From: an uncultured Gemmatimonadota bacterium
GTDB lineage: Bacteria; 4572-55
Reading direction: 5' to 3'
Assembly (NCBI GenBank): GCA_964404765.1
Contig: CAYOLL010000005.1
Coordinates: 6,199 to 70,198 of the forward strand
Length of the DNA stretch: 64,000 nucleotides
Shown here piece by piece: positions 29,053 to 39,438 of this stretch. Made by a program: the position numbers and the translations under genes. The notes beneath the pieces were generated by a model. The model was not told where the DNA came from and did not search any database. It was given only the letters and a program-made list of their open reading frames with translations. Positions within the stretch are counted from its first letter, which is position 1, and the number at the start of each line of letters is the position of its first letter.

Positions 29053-29736
29053 TTAGAACATACGAAGCGTACGGTGAATCGAATAGGGCTCGGACGTACA
29101 AACCAGGCTGGCTATATCATCTCCGCGCAAGACGATCTGCGCCGGATATATTTTTGCCGGGCGATCAGTGGGAAACCAATTGCGGCCATTGTTGACAACA
29201 ATAAACAGGCCGCGTTCATCCCCAAGCGCATTAAAGCTTTTGCCGTCGCCAGCCCATTTGACCAACCCAACCTCACGCTTTAGCCATTTGGACAACATGG
29301 CCACGTTTTGGCAGGGCAAACCCAGCTCGCTGATCTCCAAAAAAGCGCTCGAATCAAAAGGGCGATCCGACGCATTCTTTAGTTTATGGCGAGCTATACA
29401 TTCGACGATATTTCCCGCAGAATCGTAAAAATAAACTGCATGCGCATTCCAGCTTTTAAAATGAATTTGCGCGGAATTCTGATCGCGCAAGAGTTCCAGA
29501 CCCTGTTTGGACAACCATGTGATGGCCTCCGGAAGCTGATTTTCCGGGATATTGAACGCAAAGTGATAAAATGGTTCACCGAAACCACCGGCTTCAAATG
29601 TCAACGCCGACGCGCCAACCAGAACGGTAAAGCGCGTTGCGGTTTCGTCAACCAACGCCAACTGAAGCTTTTGGGTATAAAATCGCTTGAGTTCCACCAG
29701 GCGATTTGTCAGCAGAATGATCTCTAAAATCGACAT
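29053..29736 (-). CDS. VOC (glyoxalase/ring-cleavage dioxygenase) family protein, two-module
   Basis: Two beta-alpha-beta-beta-beta modules are visible. The start was set at the internal ATG (MSILEI). Confidence 0.5.
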   Translation of the reverse strand: MSILEIILLTNRLVELKRFYTQKLQLALVDETATRFTVLVGASALTFEAGGFGEPFYHFAFNIPENQLPEAITWLSKQGLELLRDQNSAQIHFKSWNAHAVYFYDSAGNIVECIARHKLKNASDRPFDSSAFLEISELGLPCQNVAMLSKWLKREVGLVKWAGDGKSFNALGDERGLFIVVNNGRNWFPTDRPAKIYPAQIVLRGDDIASLVCTSEPYSIHRTLRMF

Positions 29737-29860
29737 GTCAATTCTTTCTGACGTATATAATAAGTTTGCGGACAGAATTGTTTTCAAACCTAATAGGTCT
29801 TGGAGACCTATTAGGTTTAGATCATACCTAAGAATAATTCCTGCCCGATTACTTATATAC

Positions 29861-30952
29861 TTAAAAATCAAGTCTCGTCTGTGCTTGCGACGGTGTGTTT
29901 TTAGAAGCATAGCGCGATTCCAAGTTCAGCAGAAACTGCTTACGCTCCAGGCCGCCGCCGTATCCGGTCAGGCTGCCGTCTTTACCAATGACGCGATGGC
30001 ACGGAATAATGATCGAAATTCGATTATCGCCGTTGGCACGGGCAACGGCACGGACGGCTTTTGGATCGCCGATAGACTCCGCCTGTTGTTGATAGGAGCG
30101 AGTTTCGCCGCAGGGGATTTGCATCAATGCCGCCCAGACGCGCTGCTGAAAAGCCGTCCCATTAGCGGCGAGCGGCAGCTCAAAAATCGAACGATGGCCG
30201 GCGAAATATTCCTCCAACTGTCGATTGAGCGGCTCAAAAAGCGGATGCGATCCGGGTAATAAATCGGCCTTAAATAATTGCTTCAAGCGCGTTAACTGTG
30301 TCTCCAGCATCCGCCGGTCGGTAAATTCCAGCAGGCAGATTCCCTCATCCGTCGCTCCGGCCAGCAATGGCCCTATCGGTGTCGGGATGCGGGTGATCAA
30401 AATCAGGCGGCGGCCGGAGCTTTCGACAGGCGCAAAGCCGGTCGTCTTTTTGAACGAGTCGGTAAAGCCGCTTAGCGACTCGTAGCCCGAATCCAGCGCG
30501 GCATCGGTCACCCGTTCACCGTATTTGATCCGACCAAATGCCTGACCGATCCGCAACGAGCGCAAATAAGCTTGAAAGGTGATGCCGTGCGTTTTTTTGA
30601 ACCAGCGCCGGACACGGTTAGGCTCTAAACCGCGCTGCCGTAAATCGCTATCGCGCCAACGACTTTCCGGCGCGGCGGTGATATCGGACAAAAGCGACTC
30701 TAACCAATCGGGCGCGTCGCCGGAGTAGCCGAGCGGGTTGCAGATTTTGCATGGGCGATAGCCGTGTTGAAGGGCGTCGCGTACAGAGGGAAAATATTCG
30801 ACATTTTCCGGCTTGGGCTTGCGGGCAGTGCAAATGGGGCGGCAAAAAATTCCGGTTGTTTTAACAGCGGCAAAGAAAGTGCCGTCGAATTGGCTGTCTT
30901 TAGCAACTAACGCTTGATACAACACGGTCGAGTCTGGTAATGACGGGCGCAT
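29861..30952 (-). CDS. ada: Bifunctional Ada: methylphosphotriester-DNA methyltransferase/AraC-type regulator plus O6-methylguanine-DNA methyltransferase
   Basis: An N-terminal Zn(Cys4) Ada domain (FCRPICTARK...YRPCKICNP) is followed by an AraC HTH. The C-terminal MGMT domain has the PCHRVIG active site. The start was set at MRPSLPD. Confidence 0.75.
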   Translation of the reverse strand: MRPSLPDSTVLYQALVAKDSQFDGTFFAAVKTTGIFCRPICTARKPKPENVEYFPSVRDALQHGYRPCKICNPLGYSGDAPDWLESLLSDITAAPESRWRDSDLRQRGLEPNRVRRWFKKTHGITFQAYLRSLRIGQAFGRIKYGERVTDAALDSGYESLSGFTDSFKKTTGFAPVESSGRRLILITRIPTPIGPLLAGATDEGICLLEFTDRRMLETQLTRLKQLFKADLLPGSHPLFEPLNRQLEEYFAGHRSIFELPLAANGTAFQQRVWAALMQIPCGETRSYQQQAESIGDPKAVRAVARANGDNRISIIIPCHRVIGKDGSLTGYGGGLERKQFLLNLESRYASKNTPSQAQTRLDF

Positions 30953-31054
30953 AAATTTTCCTCTTACTTGGATGAATGATGAATGAATATTGTGACGCAA
31001 ATATAAGCGCCTCACTCTCCAAATGACAACCGGGAATTTAACAACTATTTTTCT

Positions 31055-31149
31055 ATTACTCCGTTCCAAACGACAAATTCGGCATGTTGTCATTCAGCAG
31101 GAATCCTCTTGAAATTTAGCAGAGCGCTAACTTGCAGGAAGATTCTTTC
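31055..31149. repeat. Interspersed repeat family D copy
   Basis: It shares CCAAACGACAAATT, TGTCATTC and AAGATTCTTTCAGAA(T/A)GACA with 63561..63661. Related fragments occur at 16544..16596 and 51861..51878. Confidence 0.5.
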
Positions 31150-31266
31150 AGAATGACACCGTGCGAAATTTGCCACTTGGAAAGGAGTATACTGATACTG
31201 ACAGCAGCCGTATTATTTCATTTTCAATTTTGGTGCAGGTACCGCAGGAATTTTTCATCGCCACAA

Positions 31267-32430
31267 TTAATCCCCAGATACTTGAAAATTGTCAAAACAA
31301 GTCAATAGTTGCTGGGCAGCCATCACTGCCGACGTTTCGCCGAGGCTGACGGCGTTTAAGATCATCGGTAATGTATGTTGGATGGCAGGATGTTTGTAAA
31401 ATCGGGTGCGTAATTGTTCTTCTACCAACGCCAGGACCCAGTCTTTAAGCTGTTGCTGCCGACGCTTCATCAGTGTGCCCGAAGCCGTGGTTGCGTCCCA
31501 GAAACTTTCGATGATCCGCCAAATATCGGCCAATCCTTCGCCGGTCAACGACGAGCAGGTGTAGGCGCGGCTAACCCAACCGTCAGTTACCGGCGCAAGA
31601 AGATGCAAGACACGGTTAAATTCGGCCCGCATCGCCTGTGCCCTAAGCTTATTCTCGCCATCGGCTTTGTGAATGATTATTGCATCTGCAAGTTCAACCG
31701 TGCCTTTTTTCATGCTTTGCAGCTCGTCGCCGGCGCCGGTTAGCATAAGCAGCAAATAAAAATCGACCATAGAACGCACGGCCACTTCGCTTTGCCCGAC
31801 GCCGATCGTTTCGATTAAAATGATATCAAAGCCGGCGGCCTCGCATAGCAGCGTTGTTTCCCGGCTTTTGCGGGCCACACCGCCAAAAATGCCGCCGGAC
31901 GGCGACGGGCGGATAAAAGCGTTGGCCTGTTTGACCAACTTTTCCATGCGCGTTTTATCGCCCAAAATGCTGCCTTTGGTGATCGTGCTGCTAGGGTCTA
32001 TGGCTAATACGGCGACGCGATGCTTCTGCTCACACAAATAGCTGCCCAGCGTTTCGATAAAGGTGCTCTTGCCCGCGCCCGGCACCCCGGTAATGCCGAT
32101 GCGAATGGATTTTCCGGTATGCGGTAGCAACTGTCGGATGACTTCCTGCCCGATGGTCAAATGACTTTCGGCGTTACTTTCGATTAGGGTAATGGCACGG
32201 GCCAGAACGGCGCGATTGCCGTTCAGCACGCCTTGCACATAGTCGTCGGCGGACAGTTGGCTGCGCCTTTTAGGCTGGTTAAAAAAAACGGCGGAAGTCG
32301 CCCCGGAACTATTTTGGGCACTGTCTAGGCCGGGCATAATTCGCGTGGCAAAGCCTTCGCCGCCTGTGGCAGGGGTCCATTCGGGGGCACGGGAATTTTG
32401 GGGTGAAGGCGTGGCATCGGGATTCATCAT
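31267..32430 (-). CDS. meaB: Methylmalonyl-CoA mutase-associated GTPase MeaB/ArgK
   Basis: It carries the P-loop GITGVPGAGKSTFIETLG and has the MeaB architecture. A ~50-aa low-complexity N-terminal extension is present. Confidence 0.75.
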   Translation of the reverse strand: MMNPDATPSPQNSRAPEWTPATGGEGFATRIMPGLDSAQNSSGATSAVFFNQPKRRSQLSADDYVQGVLNGNRAVLARAITLIESNAESHLTIGQEVIRQLLPHTGKSIRIGITGVPGAGKSTFIETLGSYLCEQKHRVAVLAIDPSSTITKGSILGDKTRMEKLVKQANAFIRPSPSGGIFGGVARKSRETTLLCEAAGFDIILIETIGVGQSEVAVRSMVDFYLLLMLTGAGDELQSMKKGTVELADAIIIHKADGENKLRAQAMRAEFNRVLHLLAPVTDGWVSRAYTCSSLTGEGLADIWRIIESFWDATTASGTLMKRRQQQLKDWVLALVEEQLRTRFYKHPAIQHTLPMILNAVSLGETSAVMAAQQLLTCFDNFQVSGD

Positions 32431-32502
32431 TCATGCCCGGCAGGAATTGAAGATGCGGTGATGGAGTTTTGGAGTTTTGGTGTTACTCCATTTCTCCGAT
32501 TG

Positions 32503-33273
32503 TTAATGCAGTTCCATTCCGACCGGGCAATGATCCGAGCCCGTAATTTCGGGATAGATGACCGCGCTTTTTAAATGCGGTCGCAGCGCCGCCGAAATGC
32601 AAAAGTAGTCAATTCGCCAACCGATATTTTTAGCACGGGCATTGCCGATATAGCTCCACCAGGTGTAATGCCCGCCGTCTTGCTGAAACTCGCGAAAGGT
32701 GTCAATAAAACCGGCTTGGATGATATTGCCAAAAGCCGTCCGCTCTTCGATAGTGAAGCCGGAATTGCGCATATTGGCCTTGGGACGGGCAATATCAATT
32801 TCTTTGTGGGCGACATTTAAATCGCCACAAAAAATAACCGGTTTATGCCGTTCGAGTTCCTTCAAATAAGCCAAAAAATCGACATCCCATTCCTTGGTTC
32901 GATAATCCAGGCGGGTCAGCTCGCGCTGCGAATTTGGCGTGTAAACATCCACCAGATAAAAATCGGCGAACTCCAAAGCCAGCACACGCCCTTCCTTGTC
33001 ATGCTTGGCAATGCCTAAATCCGGCCGGACGTTCATCGGCTTGTTTTTGGTGAAGACCAGGGTGCCGGAATAGCCTGGCTTTTCGGCGGAATTCCAATAG
33101 GCATGATAGCCGGGCGCCGTCCATTCAACTTGTTCGGGTCGCGCCTTGGTTTCTTGCAGACAAAAAATGTCGGCGTCCATGCGTTGAAAAAAGTCTGGAA
33201 AACCCTTTTCCAGACAGGCGCGAAAGCCGTTGACGTTCCAGGAAATAAATTTCAAAGCGTTCTCCTTGCGCAT
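32503..33273 (-). CDS. xth: Exodeoxyribonuclease III
   Basis: It begins ISWNVNGFRA and has the EEP-fold nuclease motifs CLQETK and GDLNVAHKEID. The product is 256 aa. Confidence 0.85.
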   Translation of the reverse strand: MRKENALKFISWNVNGFRACLEKGFPDFFQRMDADIFCLQETKARPEQVEWTAPGYHAYWNSAEKPGYSGTLVFTKNKPMNVRPDLGIAKHDKEGRVLALEFADFYLVDVYTPNSQRELTRLDYRTKEWDVDFLAYLKELERHKPVIFCGDLNVAHKEIDIARPKANMRNSGFTIEERTAFGNIIQAGFIDTFREFQQDGGHYTWWSYIGNARAKNIGWRIDYFCISAALRPHLKSAVIYPEITGSDHCPVGMELH

Positions 33274-33389
33274 TTGTATACTGATTAAGGGTTAGAAGTT
33301 GCATTTTAAACCCTTAGGTTTTTTCCTGCCAAAAATAACCTTTAACGAGAATATTAACAAATTCATTCGGTACGGTTATTGATTCGATG

Positions 33390-35693
33390 CTAATCTATCA
33401 GCACCAGCCGTTTAAGTATCTTCTCGCCGCCCGCCTCAAGCTGATAGAGGTAAACGCCGGGCGCGGCCGGATGTCCGATCTCATTTCGCCCGTCCCAATG
33501 CGTTTGTTGATCGCCTGCTGACTGTTGCACGTTGACTAACCGTCGCACCAATTGACCGGCGGTGTTATAAATCGCCAAACCCACCGGACCGGCTTCCGGC
33601 AGCTTGTATGAAATGGCCGCGCTCAACCCTTGTCTAAGCGGATTAGGATAGCTTTGCCGCAATTCAAGGCGAGAGGCGGCAGCGGATTCCGGCTCATCTT
33701 CAATACCCAAATAATCCCACTGCCCGCCGGCTTCGTGATAGCGGGCCATAAACTCCTGAAAAAACAAATTGGCCACCCGCGGGCTGTGAATAATCAACAT
33801 ATTTTCATCGTGATCTTCCGTCGCCGCCGCCGTCCAATTGTATGAACCGGTCACCACCGTCGGGTCGGAGTCGGGCCGGAGCGGATCGACCAGCAAATAC
33901 TTGTGATGCAGCAAAGCGTTGCTGGACGTTGGCTCGACCTTATCTTGATGCACATCGGCCCAAGTAGACATCCAGCCCCATTCGCTGGCCCCGAAAGCGC
34001 TCTCTTCGGCGTCAAACACGCCGCGCACCTTGGCCCCGGCGTTAAACTGCCCGCGCATGACCGACGACACGTTGTTCAGGGTGAAGTTGTAGATGCAAAA
34101 AAACAGATCGTGCTGCCCGGTGCGGATCGTCTGTTCCAGTGCGCGATCCAGCGCATCGCTGGGGCTCATATATTGCTCGACCCAAACGCCGCCGATGTTA
34201 AAACGATGCGGCGTGTTGTTGCGCTTGGCCGCGCTGAATTGACCACGCCACATTTCCGCAAATTCCAGCGCGTAAGCTGCGGCTAAGCTGGCGTCGCGAA
34301 TCACCACGGCATTTTCGGCGCTGTAAGTTGTGCCGGTAATGGTGGCGTTCCATGAACCTGTCCAGACTACGTCGTTGGCCTCATTGCCGTCGCCGTAATC
34401 AAACACGACAAATTTGTTGTGCATTAAATGCTGTGTGCGACCGTCATGAATGACCGGAATACCGCTGCTTGCCAGCAATTGCGTCGAACTATTGGCATTG
34501 TCCTGCTCGTGAATAACCCGCACCCGGACGCCGCGATTGTGCGCCGCAATCAACGGGCGGGCCACGTCGTCTTGCAAAGTGATGTTGTAAAAGCAAAAGT
34601 CGATTGAATGTTGGGCGGCGTTGATCAGTCGAGCGATTTCCACCGCCAGATTAACGCTTTTGGCGCTGTCGCCATTGGCGTACGCCGTTTTAACTTCCTT
34701 GGAAAAATAAACGTCAATTGTCCCGGGCGAATTGGCTGAAGCCGTAACGACCGCCTGCGTCGGGCCGTAATTCGTGACCGCCACATTTTTGGCGATTGCC
34801 CGCACGTAATAAACTGTAGCGGAAGTCAGACCGGTCAGCGTATGCGTATGTTGTGTCGTCAGATTTGTGGACTGTGCTATGCCCAGTTCAAAATTTTCGG
34901 TCAAACCGTATTGCAGCATGGTTTGGCAGGCTTCCGTAGTTTCCCAGCGTAGCGTGATTTGGGTCGGGGTAATGGCAGTTTCAACAGGCGGAACAAGCAC
35001 TTGCGGCCCGCTGCTATAGACAAAATCGGCGGCAAAACGCGGAACAATCTGATAGCCGCTGGTATACGGGGACGAGTTATCAAATTGCTTGAGGATGCCA
35101 ATCACATCCAGCGGGACACCGGTGGGCGGTTCAATCAAACCGGCGTCGTTGTCCAAAAATATTGTGCAAGTGCCCGTGGCATCGGTTAGACTGCCAATTT
35201 TATTCGAGCCGGATGGCGAAGTGAACTGATACATCACCTGTTTTAATCGGACCAGGCGGCCTTCGTTGATTTCCCGACGCGTCACCGGATCAAAGGAGTT
35301 TGCGGCTTGCTGACAGGTCAGGATGCGTGGCTCGGGTAAAGGATTGTTCTGGCTGACAGTAGTCATGACGGTAAAATTGCTTAACTCCGTCAGGCCATTA
35401 AACTGCGTAACCCGCCCGGTCATCAACACTTCATCGCCTATTTGACCGTTTATTGTCAAGACGCCGAACATCGTCAACCCGGCTGTCGTGTCCTGCAATG
35501 TAATTTCGGAGTTGCTGAAAACACCGCGTGGGCAAGTGACGATTCCACGCACAGTAATATCACGGTTAGTGATCGTCGGATCCGGCTCGCCTGCCGCCGT
35601 GTTGAGATGCAGTCCGATTAAATCCGTATTCGTTTGGGCGGAGGCAACAGCGGGCAATCCGCACAGTAGAATCATGAGTAAGATGATACGCAT
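33390..35693 (-). CDS. Secreted phospholipase-D-superfamily (two HKD motifs) protein with OB/Fn3-like N-terminal modules and a T9SS C-terminal sorting domain
   Basis: It has a signal peptide. Two HxK(x)4D motifs are present: HLMHNKFVVFDYGDG and LLHHKYLLVDP ... GSYNWT. The C-terminal tail reads LRQSYPNPLRQGLSAAISYKLPEAGPVGLAIYNTAGQLVRRL...GVYLYQLEAGG. Confidence 0.65.
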   Translation of the reverse strand: MRIILLMILLCGLPAVASAQTNTDLIGLHLNTAAGEPDPTITNRDITVRGIVTCPRGVFSNSEITLQDTTAGLTMFGVLTINGQIGDEVLMTGRVTQFNGLTELSNFTVMTTVSQNNPLPEPRILTCQQAANSFDPVTRREINEGRLVRLKQVMYQFTSPSGSNKIGSLTDATGTCTIFLDNDAGLIEPPTGVPLDVIGILKQFDNSSPYTSGYQIVPRFAADFVYSSGPQVLVPPVETAITPTQITLRWETTEACQTMLQYGLTENFELGIAQSTNLTTQHTHTLTGLTSATVYYVRAIAKNVAVTNYGPTQAVVTASANSPGTIDVYFSKEVKTAYANGDSAKSVNLAVEIARLINAAQHSIDFCFYNITLQDDVARPLIAAHNRGVRVRVIHEQDNANSSTQLLASSGIPVIHDGRTQHLMHNKFVVFDYGDGNEANDVVWTGSWNATITGTTYSAENAVVIRDASLAAAYALEFAEMWRGQFSAAKRNNTPHRFNIGGVWVEQYMSPSDALDRALEQTIRTGQHDLFFCIYNFTLNNVSSVMRGQFNAGAKVRGVFDAEESAFGASEWGWMSTWADVHQDKVEPTSSNALLHHKYLLVDPLRPDSDPTVVTGSYNWTAAATEDHDENMLIIHSPRVANLFFQEFMARYHEAGGQWDYLGIEDEPESAAASRLELRQSYPNPLRQGLSAAISYKLPEAGPVGLAIYNTAGQLVRRLVNVQQSAGDQQTHWDGRNEIGHPAAPGVYLYQLEAGGEKILKRLVLID

Positions 35694-35833
35694 GGCAACT
35701 CCTCTTCAAAGATAGAACACGGATTTACGCGGATGAAACGGATTTACACGGATAAAGCTCTTCATGATTTTAACTCGTAAAAATTTGCTTGATCATGAAT
35801 GACATTTCTTACGCATGACCTTCAACAAAATCG

Positions 35834-37876
35834 TCAATCCAGAATTTCCAGGACCAATACGTTGCTATTTTGCGGATGCGTAAATACAGGTCGGCACGCA
35901 CGTCGCCAGAATTCCGGCAGCATTGGCGCTTTTTCCGGGGGCAGCCCTCTTGTGTAGTTATAGTTAAGGATAAGCCGCTCCAACTCCTGAAAATTGACAA
36001 TAATATGCGTAAAGCCGTCTTTTTTCAATTGCCGTTTGACATCGTCAATGGAATTTGAGTGGCCTAATGCGACTATCAACGGGTTGTAATTATACGTTGT
36101 GTTGCACACATAAGATCGGGTACAATAAAAAGATTTTTCGTCGCCGACAAACAGGACTTTGACCGGCTGATCCAACTTGTTGACGTATTCAATCGCCGGA
36201 TACGATGCAAGCTTCCGGCTCAGATACTCGGATTCGCTTTCGGCATTGATCGCGACTTTTAAAGGTTCGTGGCGTCCGAACTGAATCAGAATTGACCACA
36301 CATTAACAAACAGAATCAGGCCCAAACCCGCCGAAAGCAATAGCTTAAGCAATGGCTCTCGATGATGAAGCAGCTTAAGCCAGGCATAAGCCCCCATAAA
36401 AGCAAACAGACCCAGCAAAGGCGCGAAATATCGAAAAACATAGTTATTGGTCAACCAGAGAAATAGGAAAACAAGCCCGATAACAATGATGAGCCTCAAT
36501 TTTTTTTTATGCAGGCACATCAGGATAAAGGGCACAAAAGCAATAAATTGCAAGCCGGAAATTTCCGCCGTACGCGTGCCCGGTTGGACGGACATTCGCC
36601 AAACCTGCCCCAGCGTTTTGTCAAAAAAGTCCATGACCAACTCCGGAACCGATTGCGCCGAGTCCATATGAAAAAGAGGCACCCCGGTAAAAAGAGCTTT
36701 TGTTTGCTCTACGCTCCAGCCCGTGCCGCCAAGCAGGGTATACGCCATCGGGTAGACCGGATTGCCGGTATTGATCCAGGTACGGACATAGAAGACGCTT
36801 CCGCTTACGCCTGCAATAAATCCCCATAAAAGAGCCTGGCGCAAAACCCTGCTCACGGGCATTTTCCGGAAGATGCCGGCCATCAGGACGGCAAAAACCG
36901 GCCCGCATGAAAAGAGAAGCGCTGTATATTTAACGGCACAGGCCGCGCCGGCGCTAATCCCGGATAAAATCAAGTAAGATTTTGGATTCTGCCGATGATA
37001 GACAAACCTTAGCATCGCCAGCATGGCGGACAGGGTGTATAGGGAAAGCGCCAACTCGATAAAAGGGATTGCGGAAAGCTGAAAAATCAGGGGAGAAACA
37101 ACAAAAAACACGATGCTATAAAATGCGACGACGGGCGAACGATTGAAAAATCGAATGAACGCGGTTAAGGCCAGCAAATTGAGCGGGAGATAAAAGAAGT
37201 GCCACATATTTGCCGATAAATAGCCATCCAAACAAAGCAACATCATAAACCATTGTTGGACTAACTGCGGCCAGTTTGATTGCAAAATATCCGGATTATA
37301 ATGATAACCGCCGCTTTGAATATAATAGTTTGGAAAGCCGTAATGGTAGACCACAACATCATAAAAGAACGGTGGCGCCAAAATAATGACAAACGTCAGT
37401 GAAATAACAAGAGCACACCCGCTACCCGGAAGCCAACCCCCTTGCGTCAAAATAGGTTGCAGCTTTTGAAAACAAGCGCGGGCCGTTTCCCGCAGTTCAC
37501 TCGCAATGAGTCGGACATTCCGGGCGGCGATCCCGCCGATAATGAGCAATGCCACACTATAGATCGACTTATTAACGCCAAATATAGCGACCAGCGCGAA
37601 TAAAAAATAACCCCCGATGAGCGAACCGACCACATAACTGAACAGTATATTTTCGAGCGCATTTGCAAAAAAAATTCGCGCGATTTGAAGCAGGCTTCTG
37701 CCAAAGGCAATAACAAGGATGATGAGAAAACCAACTAAAAAGAATCGGCCGAGCTTGGCCAGCAGAAAAAGGGGTTCGTAAAATTTATTGAGGAATGTTA
37801 TAATTGCGGAGAATGCCCAAACAATAGCCAGGATGGATGTTATGGCTGGTGAAACTTTGTGATTCGATAAAGTCAC
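35834..37876 (-). CDS. Polytopic GT-C glycosyltransferase (ArnT/PMT, family 39-like) with C-terminal soluble domain
   Basis: More than 12 predicted TM helices are followed by a ~190-aa hydrophilic C-terminus. It is co-oriented with the methyltransferase, GT2 and wecB genes. Confidence 0.55.
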   Translation of the reverse strand: MTLSNHKVSPAITSILAIVWAFSAIITFLNKFYEPLFLLAKLGRFFLVGFLIILVIAFGRSLLQIARIFFANALENILFSYVVGSLIGGYFLFALVAIFGVNKSIYSVALLIIGGIAARNVRLIASELRETARACFQKLQPILTQGGWLPGSGCALVISLTFVIILAPPFFYDVVVYHYGFPNYYIQSGGYHYNPDILQSNWPQLVQQWFMMLLCLDGYLSANMWHFFYLPLNLLALTAFIRFFNRSPVVAFYSIVFFVVSPLIFQLSAIPFIELALSLYTLSAMLAMLRFVYHRQNPKSYLILSGISAGAACAVKYTALLFSCGPVFAVLMAGIFRKMPVSRVLRQALLWGFIAGVSGSVFYVRTWINTGNPVYPMAYTLLGGTGWSVEQTKALFTGVPLFHMDSAQSVPELVMDFFDKTLGQVWRMSVQPGTRTAEISGLQFIAFVPFILMCLHKKKLRLIIVIGLVFLFLWLTNNYVFRYFAPLLGLFAFMGAYAWLKLLHHREPLLKLLLSAGLGLILFVNVWSILIQFGRHEPLKVAINAESESEYLSRKLASYPAIEYVNKLDQPVKVLFVGDEKSFYCTRSYVCNTTYNYNPLIVALGHSNSIDDVKRQLKKDGFTHIIVNFQELERLILNYNYTRGLPPEKAPMLPEFWRRACRPVFTHPQNSNVLVLEILD

Positions 37877-38694
37877 AGATGAACGCCCGGGTTAGATTGC
37901 GCACTAATAACAGAAACCAGAAGATAGCCGCCAAACCGCTTTGATAAGAGCTTGTCGATATGATAAACGAATTCACCCAAAAAAGACATGTCTAGTAAAG
38001 TGAAAATGCCGTTTAGCAGCCAAAACGGGATCAAAAATAATTTTCCTAGCGGGAAAGAAGTGAGCTGGAGAAATAATCCCGCAAACAGAACGAAAAAGCC
38101 GATTGAGTATTCAGCCTTGATTAACCGTCCCGACGCCTTGATGACCTGATCTTCCAGCGATTTGATGTTAACTTCATCCGTATAATGATATTTACCGACT
38201 TTCATAAGCGCCCGTTTTCCGGCCATATGCAAAATCGAGTTAGAATACGGGTTGAGAGTGATCACTTTTCCGCCGTCAGGGCGGCACAGCCGAATCATTT
38301 CACGAAGGCATTCCACCTGTTTATCACCGACCCAATGCTCGATGACGCCGGCATTCCAAACCACATCAAACGTTCCGTTTTTAAGAGGAATTTCAAAAAT
38401 GGTTCCCTGGATAAAATCGGCGTCCTGTTTTTGCTCCATGAATAGATTTTTTGCTCGGCTTAAGGCATTAAAAGACAAATCGAGCAGTGCTACCCGTGCC
38501 CCGATTTTAGCTAGTCTCAAAGAATTTAGCCCGGATCCACTGCCCGGCTCAACCAGACGCTTATTCCGGACGCCGTTGGTTTCCTGATTCAATGTTCGAG
38601 TGATAACCCGGGATAAATAGCTCCAACCCCCAGATTGAATATTGACCCGGTAAACATTTTCCCAATCGGTTATAGAAACTTGCAAATCACGCAT
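37873..38694 (-). CDS. Class I SAM-dependent methyltransferase with C-terminal transmembrane segment
   Basis: It carries the SAM motif LVEPGSGSGLNSLRLA and acidic motif II. The C-terminus has 2-3 hydrophobic helices. A 4-nt overlap with the upstream gene suggests operon coupling. Confidence 0.55.
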   Translation of the reverse strand: MRDLQVSITDWENVYRVNIQSGGWSYLSRVITRTLNQETNGVRNKRLVEPGSGSGLNSLRLAKIGARVALLDLSFNALSRAKNLFMEQKQDADFIQGTIFEIPLKNGTFDVVWNAGVIEHWVGDKQVECLREMIRLCRPDGGKVITLNPYSNSILHMAGKRALMKVGKYHYTDEVNIKSLEDQVIKASGRLIKAEYSIGFFVLFAGLFLQLTSFPLGKLFLIPFWLLNGIFTLLDMSFLGEFVYHIDKLLSKRFGGYLLVSVISAQSNPGVHL

Positions 38695-38696
38695 CT

Positions 38697-39437
38697 TTAT
38701 TCAAAACGGCGTTTGAGCATAAGCATAAAGGTGTTAATAATAGTACGCCCGATATTCATTTTGCTGAGCCCGCGCTTAAGGTCGTAGCGCAAGATAAAAG
38801 GTACTTCACCAAAAACCACGTCCATTTTTCTTAATTTCAGCAGGATATCCACCATACACTGGAATCCATCCTGGTCAATAAATGCCTGGCCAAATTGCGT
38901 AATCGCTTTTTTAATCACGCCGGCATTATAAGCGCGGTAGCCGCAGGTATAATCTTTGACACCGCTGATGGGAAAAATGATACGAAATAGCCATGACGCG
39001 CCGGAGCTCAGAACCCGTCGATGAAAAGGCACCCCACGAGTCTGGGATCCACTTTGATAACGGGATGCGATAATGATATCATGCCCCTCGTAGATCATTC
39101 TTACCATACGTAGTATAAGCCCGGGGTTATGCGTTTCGTCAGCATCCATCGTGATAATCACATCATGGTCCGCGGCTGCGTTCGCCGCATAAAAAAGCCC
39201 GTCCCGAATAGTTGGTCCTAGCCCTTGATTAACCTCATGCTGTAAAAGTGTGATCGGATAATACACCGCTTTGCTTTTAACAATCTCGACAGAGTTGTCT
39301 TTACTACCATCATCAACCACAACAATTTTATAATCCATTGAAAACTCGACCATCATTTCACAAATCAACTCAATAAGACAACCGATTCCCCCCGCTTCGT
39401 TATAAGCAGGCAGAACGATCCATGTTTGACGCTTCAT
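38697..39437 (-). CDS. Family 2 glycosyltransferase (polyprenyl-phosphate sugar synthase, DPM1/ArnC-like)
   Basis: VLPAYNEAGGIGCLIELI, VVVDDGSKDNS and the DxD region are present. The start was set at MKRQTW, which abuts the wecB stop codon. Confidence 0.7.
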   Translation of the reverse strand: MKRQTWIVLPAYNEAGGIGCLIELICEMMVEFSMDYKIVVVDDGSKDNSVEIVKSKAVYYPITLLQHEVNQGLGPTIRDGLFYAANAAADHDVIITMDADETHNPGLILRMVRMIYEGHDIIIASRYQSGSQTRGVPFHRRVLSSGASWLFRIIFPISGVKDYTCGYRAYNAGVIKKAITQFGQAFIDQDGFQCMVDILLKLRKMDVVFGEVPFILRYDLKRGLSKMNIGRTIINTFMLMLKRRFE

Positions 39438-39438
39438 T

